A stretch of DNA of 64,000 bases, taken from positions 1 through 64,000 of IMG/VR virus record IMGVR_UViG_3300043015_002666. One strand, written 5' to 3'. The stretch is from a virus. This document shows, in pieces, positions 8,979 through 17,589 of the stretch. Position 1 is the first letter of the stretch; each line of letters starts with the position of its first letter. The notes under the pieces were generated by a model that was not told the DNA's origin, made no database searches, and saw only the letters and a program-made list of their open reading frames with translations. A program made the translations under genes and the position numbers.

Positions 8979-9453
8979 ACTTGGCCATGTTGCCGGGGCT
9001 ATCTCTTTCTCCCCGGTCGCCATTACCCCGTTATGGCCTGAATACCCAACTCTAACCGGTTTGTGCGCCGTGAGCCTGATTGTCGGCTCTAATGCGCCCG
9101 ACTGGTTAGAGTTTGGTGTTATCCCGCACCGGACCTTTACCCACGTTTTAACGATTTGGCTCTGTATCGCTCTGTACGGGCTCTTTTCTATTTTGAATGC
9201 AGCATTACTGCACCAGATAGGAATAAACGCAGCCAGCAAGGAAATAGCGGCCATTCTGTTGGGTTTTGGTGCTGGTGGCATGTCGCACTGGCTCGGTGAC
9301 GTCCTCAACATGCGCCCGGTCCCTATCGTTACGCCTTTCGACAAGATAGCCCTTGGCCTGTTTAACAGCGGGACTAATCAACCTTTTACGTGCCTTTTTA
9401 TCTTCTTGGTTTCGTTGGCACTAACAGACTTACAGGAAGCAATCACACTATGA
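8971..9453 (+). CDS. YdjM/DUF457-like membrane-bound metal-dependent hydrolase
   Basis: Motifs HRTFTHVL and GGMSHWLGDVLN in a multi-TM protein parallel E. coli YdjM (HRGFTHSL, GYLSHILADML). ATG at 8971 is preferred. Confidence 0.65.
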   Translation: MNRLGHVAGAISFSPVAITPLWPEYPTLTGLCAVSLIVGSNAPDWLEFGVIPHRTFTHVLTIWLCIALYGLFSILNAALLHQIGINAASKEIAAILLGFGAGGMSHWLGDVLNMRPVPIVTPFDKIALGLFNSGTNQPFTCLFIFLVSLALTDLQEAITL

Positions 9454-10439
9454 ATTACTACCCACTCAGAACGACGCTAAACGACCATTACAAGCCGTTG
9501 TTATGCAAACTTGAAGGCAGTGAAATTACAAAGAAAAGCTGTCTTGAAGACGTGTTAACCATGACAACATTGGCAACATACACCCATGACAGTGAGAACC
9601 AAACGCCAGAAAAGAAAGAAGAGCGAAACACCACGTTCAAGATCATTCTTAAGGAATACATGTTCCTTGCATCTGACCGGCTAACCATCTTCCCTGAATC
9701 AACCGAGCTGCTTGATACTATGCTGCGCTCTAAATTAAACGTGGCAGACTTTGAAAGCCTCATTCCACCGGATTCTGTTTTTGCCGTGGCTATCCCTAAA
9801 GGTTACACCACCCCTAGTGGCACACCTCTCTCATCCTTTATCGTTTCTTGGTGCGATATGGAGCAAGACGTTAAGTTGGCGACAATGGTTCAAGAGGCTG
9901 CGCTTGGCGGCCACCAAAACATTCACTCCGCGTGCGAAGGTAAGACGCTCCAAATACTCAGCTTAAGGGCTACTCACTCTCGCCAGAAGGTAATAGAAAG
10001 CATCCTTAGCACCAATCAGGCACAGCAAGTTCACGACGTTCTTAATGACGTAGACATTACCGAGGATTCACTAGCCAGTGAAATTGATATGAACGACGCC
10101 TACATGGCTAAGGCAATGGTTAAGATAGCCGTCGCCATTGCGGTTTTTAACTCTGCTTACGACAACTTCCTTTCTTCTGGCTTCCCTAAAGGCGTAAAAG
10201 CTGAACGCCTTATTTCAAACGGCACAGTCAAATCTATTCGCATGAGCGGGAAAGGTATTCGTACAGAATCCAACCCTAAAGCCGGTCATATCCGTTCCTT
10301 TCACTTCAGACAGCTACGCGACTCAAAATTCTACAAGGGCGAACATGCAAACAAGCCGGTTGGCTCTCGATGGGTACCAGTTAAAGAGGCTTGGATAGGT
10401 GAAGACATTAACGCCCACACAGCTAAGAACGTAATTTAA
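9450..10439 (+). CDS. hypothetical protein (329 aa)
   Basis: ATGA overlap with the upstream stop and an AGGAAG Shine-Dalgarno. The ORF-track start at 9390 is rejected. Confidence 0.7.
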   Translation: MNYYPLRTTLNDHYKPLLCKLEGSEITKKSCLEDVLTMTTLATYTHDSENQTPEKKEERNTTFKIILKEYMFLASDRLTIFPESTELLDTMLRSKLNVADFESLIPPDSVFAVAIPKGYTTPSGTPLSSFIVSWCDMEQDVKLATMVQEAALGGHQNIHSACEGKTLQILSLRATHSRQKVIESILSTNQAQQVHDVLNDVDITEDSLASEIDMNDAYMAKAMVKIAVAIAVFNSAYDNFLSSGFPKGVKAERLISNGTVKSIRMSGKGIRTESNPKAGHIRSFHFRQLRDSKFYKGEHANKPVGSRWVPVKEAWIGEDINAHTAKNVI

Positions 10440-10447
10440 GGACCAGC

Positions 10448-10636
10448 ATGCACCTAGCAAGAAACATCATCGCCGTAGTCGTTAGCAGTGCTCTGCATAG
10501 CAAACTACTTCACACGAAGTGCCAGGAGGGGGAAAAGCCACCAGCGCACGTTGAATTCCTTACAAAGAACGAACAAGAGCAATGGCTATCGCTCGGCACA
10601 ACCACCAGCATCATATTTAACGAGGAACACCAATGA
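10448..10636 (+). CDS. hypothetical protein
   Basis: 62-aa ORF with an ATGA overlap to the next gene. Confidence 0.5.
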   Translation: MHLARNIIAVVVSSALHSKLLHTKCQEGEKPPAHVEFLTKNEQEQWLSLGTTTSIIFNEEHQ

Positions 10637-11019
10637 ACATCAGCATTCCAACCCGCTTTGGCCTTGGTGAAGAGGTTTATCTAATCAATCCAGAAGCGGC
10701 ATTTGAGCACGGCCATAGTCCTATATTGCTGGCGACCGTGACGGATATCATCTTAGCGCGCGCCGTTATCAGTCAAAAAAGTGAGTTTGCCGTCAGCACT
10801 TACGCAGTGAACGTCGAAGAACACCCGGAGCTTTTGCGTAACGAGCTGAATAAGGAGCTGACTTTAGAGGAAAAGTATCTATTCAAATCGCCTGAAGCGG
10901 CACTTGATGCAATGGAAAGCCAATTGAAGCAGCAAAAAGAGCGATATGAGGGCTACATACAGAATATTGGTGTAAGGCTTAACGACATTGAAGTTACCAG
11001 AGACAACCTGAACGTTTAG
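10633..11019 (+). CDS. hypothetical protein
   Basis: 128-aa ORF followed by a terminator. Confidence 0.65.
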   Translation: MNISIPTRFGLGEEVYLINPEAAFEHGHSPILLATVTDIILARAVISQKSEFAVSTYAVNVEEHPELLRNELNKELTLEEKYLFKSPEAALDAMESQLKQQKERYEGYIQNIGVRLNDIEVTRDNLNV

Positions 11020-11026
11020 ATACAAG

Positions 11027-11068
11027 AAAGGGCCACCAGTTTGGGATTGATGGCCCTTTTGTTTCTTA
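11027..11068 (+). terminator. rho-independent terminator ending the plus-strand cassette
   Basis: AAAGGGCCA (11027-35) pairs with TGGCCCTTT (11051-59), followed by a T-rich tail. Confidence 0.6.
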
Positions 11069-11184
11069 TCTATGTAACCCTCGTCACTGCTTGGGTTTAT
11101 CAAGTCCAAGCTCACTCAGTTAATCACGCTGAATGCCTTATATGAGGTTGTTTCTAATCTACTTGAGGTATTGTGTGTTGTCCA

Positions 11185-11559
11185 TCATAAGTATGATTCC
11201 CTTTGGTCCCATTGTTCTTTCAGGCGCTTTAGATTTCTTAATGCATCTTCAAGGTTAATAATCTCTCTATGCCATTTAAGAGTTAGCTTAGAGCCATTAC
11301 CATCAAAGGCATTGCGAACCTTAGTCATTTTATCGCTCAGTGCCTTTAGTTTCTTCTCTGCTGCTTTCTTCTTAGCTCCGGTCTGCATGATAACTTCAGC
11401 CTCTAACCGGCCTGTTTCCACTGCCATCTTGGTACGCGCTTCTAAGTCCATTGCCATTCTCTCTAACTCTTCTTGAGCGGCTATCTTTGCTTTTCGGTCC
11501 TTAATGGCTTTCTCAGTGGCCGTGATAGGTATTAGGTAGGGATTAAAGGATTTAGTCAT
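11185..11559 (-). CDS. hypothetical coiled-coil protein
   Basis: 124-aa ORF, last gene of the leftward early region. Confidence 0.7.
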   Translation of the reverse strand: MTKSFNPYLIPITATEKAIKDRKAKIAAQEELERMAMDLEARTKMAVETGRLEAEVIMQTGAKKKAAEKKLKALSDKMTKVRNAFDGNGSKLTLKWHREIINLEDALRNLKRLKEQWDQRESYL

Positions 11560-11738
11560 TACTTACCTGCCTTCTTAAAGCCATCACAAACCGTATAGTG
11601 AATGTCTATCTCATCACCCCACGGACTACCATCAGGATCACGTTGGCAATACATACCGCTTTCATCTGCATTCCGGTAGGTACAGTTAGCGCAATTATTT
11701 GGGTTCGCCTTTCTGACGTTCTTTGGAGGATTTAGCAT
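11559..11738 (-). CDS. small Cys-rich protein (59 aa, below ORF-track cutoff)
   Basis: Hand translation gives MLNPPKNVRKANPNNCANCTYRNADESGMYCQRDPDGSPWGDEIDIHYTVCDGFKKAGK*. TAATG overlaps at both ends. Confidence 0.5.
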   Translation of the reverse strand: MLNPPKNVRKANPNNCANCTYRNADESGMYCQRDPDGSPWGDEIDIHYTVCDGFKKAGK

Positions 11739-11950
11739 TACCTCAACCCCATCTGAATTAGCTCAGGTAGCAATACATAGGCACAAAAGCCACCAGCAAG
11801 AAAGCCGCCAATGACGCAAACCATGTTTGATATCTTAGTGAAGCGAATTTGCTCGATAGTGTCTGGTTGGACCGGGCAGTTGTTGATATAGACTCTCTTG
11901 CCCCTTACTTCGACTGTCATGCCGTCTGTTTGAATGATTGAATGGCCCAT
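11738..11950 (-). CDS. small protein with C-terminal transmembrane helix
   Basis: The internal ATG at 11950 has a strong AAGGAG Shine-Dalgarno. The ORF-track start at 12004 would overlap the upstream gene. Confidence 0.6.
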   Translation of the reverse strand: MGHSIIQTDGMTVEVRGKRVYINNCPVQPDTIEQIRFTKISNMVCVIGGFLAGGFCAYVLLPELIQMGLR

Positions 11951-11984
11951 TAGGCTATCTCCTTGCTCGGTTTGGTGTGTAGTT

Positions 11985-12494
11985 TTACAGTTTTCCAGAT
12001 TCAATTAGAACGTTACGAACGGCGATATGGAGTGCGCTTGACGTTTCAGCTTGACCAGAAAGTAAAGACTCACCAATCATTCGGTCAAACATGCTAGATG
12101 CTAGGTTTAGAGCAATCCTCTCCTGTCGTAACATTGCGGCATCTTGTATATCTTTCTTGACGTCAGCATCACCAATAACGCAGCGAGAAATGAACTCTTC
12201 AGACTCAAACAGCTCTTTTAGTTGCTGTTCTAGATGCTTACTTAACTGGTTCCAGACCAGAAGGCGAAACGGACTTACTCTGGCTTTAATAGCTTCTCGC
12301 CTCGAACCGCCATAGGCACCGCCTGATTCCTCAATGGTCCAATAATTGGCGCTGGCCTCTTCGAAAAAGGCGTTAATCTCCCCTTCCACCATCTGAGTTA
12401 TTTTGTCTTCAGGTAGTAAGTTAAAGATTGATACCTTTATCTGCTCGGAAATCTTTTCTTTAAGGTCGCCCATGTTGGCTAGTTGGTTTTGCAT
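11985..12494 (-). CDS. hypothetical protein
   Basis: 169-aa ORF. Confidence 0.7.
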   Translation of the reverse strand: MQNQLANMGDLKEKISEQIKVSIFNLLPEDKITQMVEGEINAFFEEASANYWTIEESGGAYGGSRREAIKARVSPFRLLVWNQLSKHLEQQLKELFESEEFISRCVIGDADVKKDIQDAAMLRQERIALNLASSMFDRMIGESLLSGQAETSSALHIAVRNVLIESGKL

Positions 12495-12568
12495 GCTTAC
12501 CTCTGCTTGGTGTGTAGTTTGTGAGTGAAAGGCCAGCCTTAGCCAGCCTTGGTGTTTAATCTGATTGT

Positions 12569-12847
12569 TTACTTGTCGGAGTAGTCTAGAGTGAATGGGT
12601 TCGCCGTTACATGCTCACCTTTAGTTATCTTTGTTACGCTGCACGCACCCACTGATTCTTTATTGAATGAATCAATGTATTCTTGAGCTTTAGCTTCATC
12701 TTCAAACTCGCGCGTATAACTGGACTCGCAAAGATCACAGCCCTGCTCCCAAAACGAATAATAAACCGACTCACCACCCTCATTTTGGGTGATTTCCATT
12801 AGCTCTGATTGCTCTTGATGACTTTTAATAATTACTTGTTGTGTCAT
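12569..12847 (-). CDS. hypothetical acidic protein
   Basis: ORF 12569..12892. The internal ATG at 12847 (MTQQVIIK) is the likelier start. Confidence 0.6.
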   Translation of the reverse strand: MTQQVIIKSHQEQSELMEITQNEGGESVYYSFWEQGCDLCESSYTREFEDEAKAQEYIDSFNKESVGACSVTKITKGEHVTANPFTLDYSDK

Positions 12848-12901
12848 GTACTTGCCTTTTAACTGCGTTGTTTTTTTAAGTTGCCCTAGCACTCTATAAA
12901 A

Positions 12902-12922
12902 GAGGCTGGTATTTTACCAGCC
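12902..12922 (-). terminator. hairpin between operons
   Basis: AGGCTGGTA-TTT-TACCAGCCT, a perfect 9-bp stem, with CTTTTAT downstream on the minus strand. A near-copy of the operator-like motif (TTCCTAATAAATCTTT, 12924-12939) abuts it. Confidence 0.5.
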
Positions 12923-12958
12923 TTTTCCTAATAAATCTTTGTATTGTTAGTATTTCTA

Positions 12959-13192
12959 TTAGCTACTTTCTAGCTCGTTAAGCTGCTTCTCTATTTTCTC
13001 TGTCAGCTCAGGAAGACCACCAATCAGACCATTCCTATGAACCACCCAGAGAGTTTCCGATTGAGCTTTAAGCCTTACGGCCTCTCCCTCGTCATTGCAT
13101 AGCGAAGCCTCTATCGCTTGCGCTCGCTTAAGTTTTGCTAGTGCCTTGATGTAAGCGAGAATTTCTACAGCCTCTTTGTTGCTATTGCTCAT
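12959..13192 (-). CDS. hypothetical protein
   Basis: 77-aa helical ORF. Confidence 0.65.
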   Translation of the reverse strand: MSNSNKEAVEILAYIKALAKLKRAQAIEASLCNDEGEAVRLKAQSETLWVVHRNGLIGGLPELTEKIEKQLNELESS

Positions 13193-13595
13193 CGCTATTG
13201 TCCTTATTTGCCTCTTCCAGAACTTTAAGTATCAGAACGTTTTCTACATGGTTCGACACGTTATCAACGTCGTTGCTGTATTCATTATTGATGCTATCAA
13301 AGCTTTGCTGGTGCCAGCCTTCAATTACACCTTGTGACACCCACATTTCATCATCACCCCACACCCAATCACCCGGTTTAGCCCCATCGAGATAGCCATC
13401 GTAGTTGATTTCCTGTAGCTCAATCGTGTCTTGGTCCAGTACGCCAAAGTCATTGATACGTGAATGTAGCTTTTCCACCGAATCATTAACGGCCTCTTCA
13501 AAGCTGGCGAACTTTACCGGGTAAGCCAGCTCGCCACCTTCAGGAACGTAGCTCATGATTTCAGACCGGATCTCTTCCTTGGTTATATCGCGCAT
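13182..13595 (-). CDS. hypothetical acidic protein
   Basis: 137-aa ORF. Confidence 0.7.
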   Translation of the reverse strand: MRDITKEEIRSEIMSYVPEGGELAYPVKFASFEEAVNDSVEKLHSRINDFGVLDQDTIELQEINYDGYLDGAKPGDWVWGDDEMWVSQGVIEGWHQQSFDSINNEYSNDVDNVSNHVENVLILKVLEEANKDNSDEQ

Positions 13596-13597
13596 GG

Positions 13598-13753
13598 CTA
13601 TTCCTCTTCGTCTATTTTTGACGTGTGGTAGTTCGGACTGTAGTCAATGTACACCTCGAACTCTCTTTCGCACTCAAAACACTCTTGAGTGCCGCTATCA
13701 GTCTCATGACAGCCGGTTGGTTCGTTCTCATGGCCGCAGTAAGGGCAGTCCAT
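13598..13753 (-). CDS. small zinc-ribbon protein (51 aa, below ORF-track cutoff)
   Basis: Hand translation gives MDCPYCGHENEPTGCHETDSGTQECFECEREFEVYIDYSPNYHTSKIDEEE*. It fits the 13596-13765 gap. Confidence 0.5.
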   Translation of the reverse strand: MDCPYCGHENEPTGCHETDSGTQECFECEREFEVYIDYSPNYHTSKIDEEE

Positions 13754-13765
13754 CGTATCCACGGC

Positions 13766-14068
13766 TTATTCCTCATCTTCGCATACACAACACGTCGAAC
13801 CTAGCTCTTCACAAGCACAATCAATGGTGTCTTGCGTGATCACCTCCAATTGCTCAGGCTTGGCCGCTACCGTTGTGATTTCATCATTAAAACCGTGAAC
13901 CTCTTTGCAAAAGGACAGAAAGGAATTGCGGTCTAATGGTTCTAGAATGCTAACCAATGAGAATTCATTGCCCTCTGATAACTGAGTGAGGTTGGTTGCG
14001 CTCACGACACGAAACGCCCCGTCATAGTCACTATCTTTGATTTTTACGATATCGTTGTTTTCTACCAT
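13766..14068 (-). CDS. hypothetical protein
   Basis: 100-aa ORF. Confidence 0.7.
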   Translation of the reverse strand: MVENNDIVKIKDSDYDGAFRVVSATNLTQLSEGNEFSLVSILEPLDRNSFLSFCKEVHGFNDEITTVAAKPEQLEVITQDTIDCACEELGSTCCVCEDEE

Positions 14069-14071
14069 GCT

Positions 14072-14632
14072 CTAACCCTCCACCAGCGTTGTTTCTTTTG
14101 ACTTAAGGTATTCCTTTAAACCTTCTCTAACTGCCTGAATGATGCGGCACAAGTATTGATAATCCGGGTTTGGCTGCATTGGTATGTCGTACCAGAATTC
14201 ATCACCGAAAACCTCAAACAGTAGATCGCGATTCTCAGCTATCCAAAGCTGCTCTTCACCAATGGCAACATTGCAGTCTAGGTCGCTTACTTTGTCGTAC
14301 AGCTCGCGCGCCTCCAAGTCTTTAATGCTCCCCTCTCTTCGGTCGAGGATGATTTTTGCTTTAAATGCCGCTTCTAGCTTGTCAAAGTCGTAAACCCCCG
14401 GCTTGAGTTGCGGCGCTAGATTGCTCGCCAGATAGTCGTCGTTACAGTCAATAAAGAACTCTTCCAAACTACAACCCATTGACGGCCAAAAGCTAGACCA
14501 CGATTTGCCGAAACACTCTATTGTGATACGGCCACGCTTGGCCCCAAAGTGCTCAAGAAAGACAGTAACCGGATCTAATCTTTCCAGTTCAGTTAACCGC
14601 AAACGTACTACATTGCTTTGCTCTAATTTCAT
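14072..14632 (-). CDS. hypothetical protein
   Basis: 186-aa ORF. Confidence 0.75.
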   Translation of the reverse strand: MKLEQSNVVRLRLTELERLDPVTVFLEHFGAKRGRITIECFGKSWSSFWPSMGCSLEEFFIDCNDDYLASNLAPQLKPGVYDFDKLEAAFKAKIILDRREGSIKDLEARELYDKVSDLDCNVAIGEEQLWIAENRDLLFEVFGDEFWYDIPMQPNPDYQYLCRIIQAVREGLKEYLKSKETTLVEG

Positions 14633-14643
14633 GGTGTGTAATC

Positions 14644-14883
14644 CTACTTCTCTGTCACTCTGAATGTTTCTTTATGGCCGTCTTCAAACTCAACCACCAG
14701 CCTAGCTTTAACGCCTAACACCTCGAACGTGTCCGCCAGAGAATGAATTGTTAGGTTCTCATCGCAAACTCTCTCTTTCTTAGAAACTGCACTAGGAGTA
14801 ATCCCCAACGCTGCTCCCAAATCTGTCTGAGTTAAACCTGACAGCAAACGAACTCGGCGCAAAATGCCTTTAAGCGGCCTCAT
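14644..14883 (-). CDS. XRE-family HTH protein
   Basis: LSGLTQTDLGAALGITPSAVSKKE matches an XRE helix-turn-helix. The start at the internal ATG 14883 overlaps the upstream gene by 14 nt. Confidence 0.7.
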   Translation of the reverse strand: MRPLKGILRRVRLLSGLTQTDLGAALGITPSAVSKKERVCDENLTIHSLADTFEVLGVKARLVVEFEDGHKETFRVTEK

Positions 14884-15166
14884 TGCATTGCCCTTGCTCG
14901 TATTGCTTGAGGAATAACTTACCAAGCGAAGTAAGGCGACTGGCGTCCTTGTTTGCTCTTGGGCCTTCTTTGATAAAGCCACCGTCTACCATTAAGTGGT
15001 AAGCGGTATGCCCGGACCAATAGCCGTTAATTTGGTCAGAGAGGTTTTTGTATAGCTGCTTGCGCATGGCCTGAAGATTCTCAGTAACCGATGCACCAAC
15101 CCAACGGTTAGTAAATAGTTCAAAAATGATTTGGTCGATTGGGTTTGTGATTTGCTCGTTGTTCAT
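14870..15166 (-). CDS. hypothetical protein
   Basis: 98-aa ORF. Confidence 0.65.
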   Translation of the reverse strand: MNNEQITNPIDQIIFELFTNRWVGASVTENLQAMRKQLYKNLSDQINGYWSGHTAYHLMVDGGFIKEGPRANKDASRLTSLGKLFLKQYEQGQCNEAA

Positions 15167-15189
15167 TGTGTGTAGTTCCTAGCTTAGTT

Positions 15190-15336
15190 TCATTCTTCTT
15201 CGATATCGCAGCCGCAACAGCCAGCGCAATCATTGCAACTTTCTTGACCGCAACACTCGCAGTCATAGTAGTTATCATCGGTTACTACCGTATAGCCACA
15301 AAAGCGGCATTGAGTAGCTTCATCTTGGTTATTCAT
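15190..15336 (-). CDS. small Cys-rich protein (48 aa, below ORF-track cutoff)
   Basis: Hand translation gives MNNQDEATQCRFCGYTVVTDDNYYDCECCGQESCNDCAGCCGCDIEEE*. It replaces the antisense ORF 15166..15351. Confidence 0.45.
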   Translation of the reverse strand: MNNQDEATQCRFCGYTVVTDDNYYDCECCGQESCNDCAGCCGCDIEEE

Positions 15337-15343
15337 GGTGTTC

Positions 15344-15814
15344 CTATTTAATTTTATCTAGTTCAATCTGAATGCTGGCTATCTGCTCGGTGAGATCTTT
15401 CTCTTCTTGCTTGAATCGCTCTCTAGCCTCTTTGCGTAACGCTGGCAGACTCTTAAGGCGCTTTGCTTTGCCTTGTAATCGCTCTTCTAGTACTTCTCGC
15501 CTTGTTTTTGGGTATTCAAAACCACTTGTCCAGAAACAACCGGTTCGTACTCTCTCAGCGGTAAGGGCGTACTCGTATTCGCAGTATTCATCGCAGTATC
15601 CAACCTTTGTCGGGTTTACGCAGCGAACGGCGGTCCCGGTATCGTTTAGCCTCATTGGTTCGTCATGGCCGCAATTGGGACAAAACAAATCTTGAGTGAC
15701 GATATCTATATCGTCCGTGCGCCCCTCGTAAGGTTTGCCGCCAATACCCTTAAAAACAGACTCTACAAGCTCAGCCATGCGCTTAAGCTCTTTTTCGTGC
15801 TCAGTCATTACCAT
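15344..15814 (-). CDS. hypothetical protein with zinc ribbon
   Basis: 156 aa with CPNCGH...RCVNP and CDEYC. Confidence 0.7.
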   Translation of the reverse strand: MVMTEHEKELKRMAELVESVFKGIGGKPYEGRTDDIDIVTQDLFCPNCGHDEPMRLNDTGTAVRCVNPTKVGYCDEYCEYEYALTAERVRTGCFWTSGFEYPKTRREVLEERLQGKAKRLKSLPALRKEARERFKQEEKDLTEQIASIQIELDKIK

Positions 15815-16010
15815 TGTCCTTATCGCTCTCTACGGCGTAATCAGGACCATATTTAACGCAGTAGCTTAGAGCCATGATAACCAGCTTAGGCACCTCAAGA
15901 TCGCCGTTGCGGTAGCGTTTAACCGTGGCGTAGTCGATACCTAGAAACTCAGCCACCCCACGGCCAGTAAAACCAGCGGCCTTTTGCAGCCGCTTAAATT
16001 CTTCCATCAT
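15801..16010 (-). CDS. small HTH DNA-binding protein
   Basis: GRGVAEFLGIDYATVKRYRNG. Start at the internal ATG 16010, giving a TAATG overlap with the upstream gene. Confidence 0.6.
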   Translation of the reverse strand: MMEEFKRLQKAAGFTGRGVAEFLGIDYATVKRYRNGDLEVPKLVIMALSYCVKYGPDYAVESDKDNGND

Positions 16011-16249
16011 TAATTTGCCTTGATTGGTTGTTTCGCCCGACCCATTAGGCGAGCAATGGTGTGTTGCGTAAAGTGAACACGTCGGCCCGTTTCCACTTCC
16101 TCGCAAATGAACGAGCGAACCCCAATTAAATTACTGGTTTCCTCGGCCATCACACAAAATAGCTCGCTGCCATCTTCTGAGTAGAACGTATCTGTTACTG
16201 ATACTAAATTTTGCTCTTGTTTTGCTCTGAATTCGTTTACGAATGTCAT
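16010..16249 (-). CDS. hypothetical protein
   Basis: 79-aa ORF. Confidence 0.65.
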   Translation of the reverse strand: MTFVNEFRAKQEQNLVSVTDTFYSEDGSELFCVMAEETSNLIGVRSFICEEVETGRRVHFTQHTIARLMGRAKQPIKAN

Positions 16250-16285
16250 GGTGTGTCGTCCTTATTAATCAAATTTGCTTTGCTT

Positions 16286-16317
16286 GAGATACAATAATGG
16301 GCGCATAGCGCGCCCAT
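16286..16317 (-). terminator. possible terminator hairpin
   Basis: ATGGGCGC (16297-304) pairs with GCGCCCAT (16310-17). The T-rich tail on the minus strand is weak. Confidence 0.4.
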
Positions 16318-16347
16318 GTCAAGCAAACAGTTGAATTTAGACTTAAA

Positions 16348-16605
16348 TCAGTTCTCTTTCTGTTCGGGAACCTCCTTTCTCATTGATATTACAGGCAACT
16401 TGTTGCCCTGCTCTTCTACTCGTTTAGCGGTGCTAGTGATAGCAGCCACCACACAAAACGCCTGACTGATTGCGTCATGGATAATGCGATCAGCCTTGGC
16501 GAATTCCATGCTCACCACTTTAAGATCTTCTGGTAGCGACTCTTCTAACTGATTACGCGACACCATGTATTCGCCTAGCTGGTCCAGCAAGCCTTTAGTC
16601 GCCAT
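16348..16605 (-). CDS. hypothetical protein
   Basis: Start at the internal ATG 16605 (MATKGLLDQ). Confidence 0.55.
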   Translation of the reverse strand: MATKGLLDQLGEYMVSRNQLEESLPEDLKVVSMEFAKADRIIHDAISQAFCVVAAITSTAKRVEEQGNKLPVISMRKEVPEQKEN

Positions 16606-17344
16606 TCGTGACCTCTTCACCCCAAGTGTAAAGCTCGGTGTTTTCCGCCAAAGCAATCACACTCGGACCCAATCCGGGTAACTCTCCATTGCTCAAATCT
16701 CGCAGAACCGGAAAAGAACGGGTATAAGCGTTTAGCTCGTCCGTTGTTTCGGTGATATCGGCCAGTGCCGTATGTGCCAGTTGTTTTTCTGGTTGTGGCA
16801 AGTTTAACGATTGCCAGATAGGCGTGCGAGACAGAACGTTAACCGAGCTCACATCCATTTTGCGATAGCTGAAGTATTCATACAGCTTTGGCATTTGGGC
16901 GTTAATGAAATTCATATCGAAACTAACGTTGTTCCCGTACACCATGGCACCGGTAGACTCTTTGCGGTAGAACTTGCGCACGCCAATAGCTTTTAGCCAT
17001 TCGATAATGTATTCCTCGGCCTCTTCAGTCGTGTCCGCGACATAATCAAACCCTTCGCCGGTCTTGAGGCGTTCAAGCAAACCGCTTTCCTCATGCTGCT
17101 CTAAGGCCCACGGATGGCATCGAGCGCGAGACTCTTCAGTCAGATGAATACCTATCACCACCTGTTCACCTTGCTCTAGGTTAAGCGTGCCGTCCTCTTC
17201 CACCAGCGGGACCACAAAAGCCATTTCTATGATTGGGTAGTACAGCGCACCATGAACACGGCCCACGCCCTCAATCTCTTGGTAGCCATCAAGGCCACCG
17301 GTTTCTAAATCTATTCCAACAATATCCGCGTCGTAATTGCTCAT
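16595..17344 (-). CDS. DEDDh 3'-5' exonuclease (DnaQ/oligoribonuclease-like)
   Basis: Exo motifs GIDLETGGLD, GNNVSFDMNFI and HTALADITET. Start at ATG 17344, an ATGA overlap. The 51-codon upstream extension in the ORF track is rejected. Confidence 0.8.
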   Translation of the reverse strand: MSNYDADIVGIDLETGGLDGYQEIEGVGRVHGALYYPIIEMAFVVPLVEEDGTLNLEQGEQVVIGIHLTEESRARCHPWALEQHEESGLLERLKTGEGFDYVADTTEEAEEYIIEWLKAIGVRKFYRKESTGAMVYGNNVSFDMNFINAQMPKLYEYFSYRKMDVSSVNVLSRTPIWQSLNLPQPEKQLAHTALADITETTDELNAYTRSFPVLRDLSNGELPGLGPSVIALAENTELYTWGEEVTNGD

Positions 17345-17589
17345 GCTAACCCTTCTCTTATCGCTTGGCGGCGACCTAACCGCCAGTAACGTTGACCCAT
17401 TCGTCTTTGATTGGATGGCAAACCGGCCATCGCGTTTTTCACCATCTTTGTCGTTAGGGGATGATCTAACGACTCGTAGCCGTCCAGCCTGAAGCACTCA
17501 GACATGCTCGATACATACGCCCGGTGATTACACTGATTGCAGGGATAAACCTGCTCTTCGTCCTGATAGCCGTTAATGCAGCAACTCAA
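17341..17589 (-). CDS. Cys-rich hypothetical protein
   Basis: 82-aa ORF with CC...CNQCNH. Confidence 0.6.
   Translation of the reverse strand: MSCCINGYQDEEQVYPCNQCNHRAYVSSMSECFRLDGYESLDHPLTTKMVKNAMAGLPSNQRRMGQRYWRLGRRQAIREGLA

Noticed and set aside
14644-15166. A HigB/HigA-like toxin-antitoxin pair: a 98-aa gene overlapping a downstream XRE-HTH gene.
   Set aside because: The upstream protein is helical and acidic and shows none of the RelE/HigB features I can recognise. Only the gene geometry fits.
15166-15351. ORF-track CDS of 61 aa on the plus strand.
   Set aside because: It is antisense to a better-placed 48-aa Cys-rich minus-strand ORF that fits the operon spacing.
16595-17497. Long N-terminal extensions given by the ORF track (also 14644-14982, 15801-16106, 16348-16656, 28260-28616, 22686-23459, 9390-10439).
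   Set aside because: Internal ATGs give ATGA or TAATG coupling or a proper Shine-Dalgarno, and remove large overlaps with the upstream genes.
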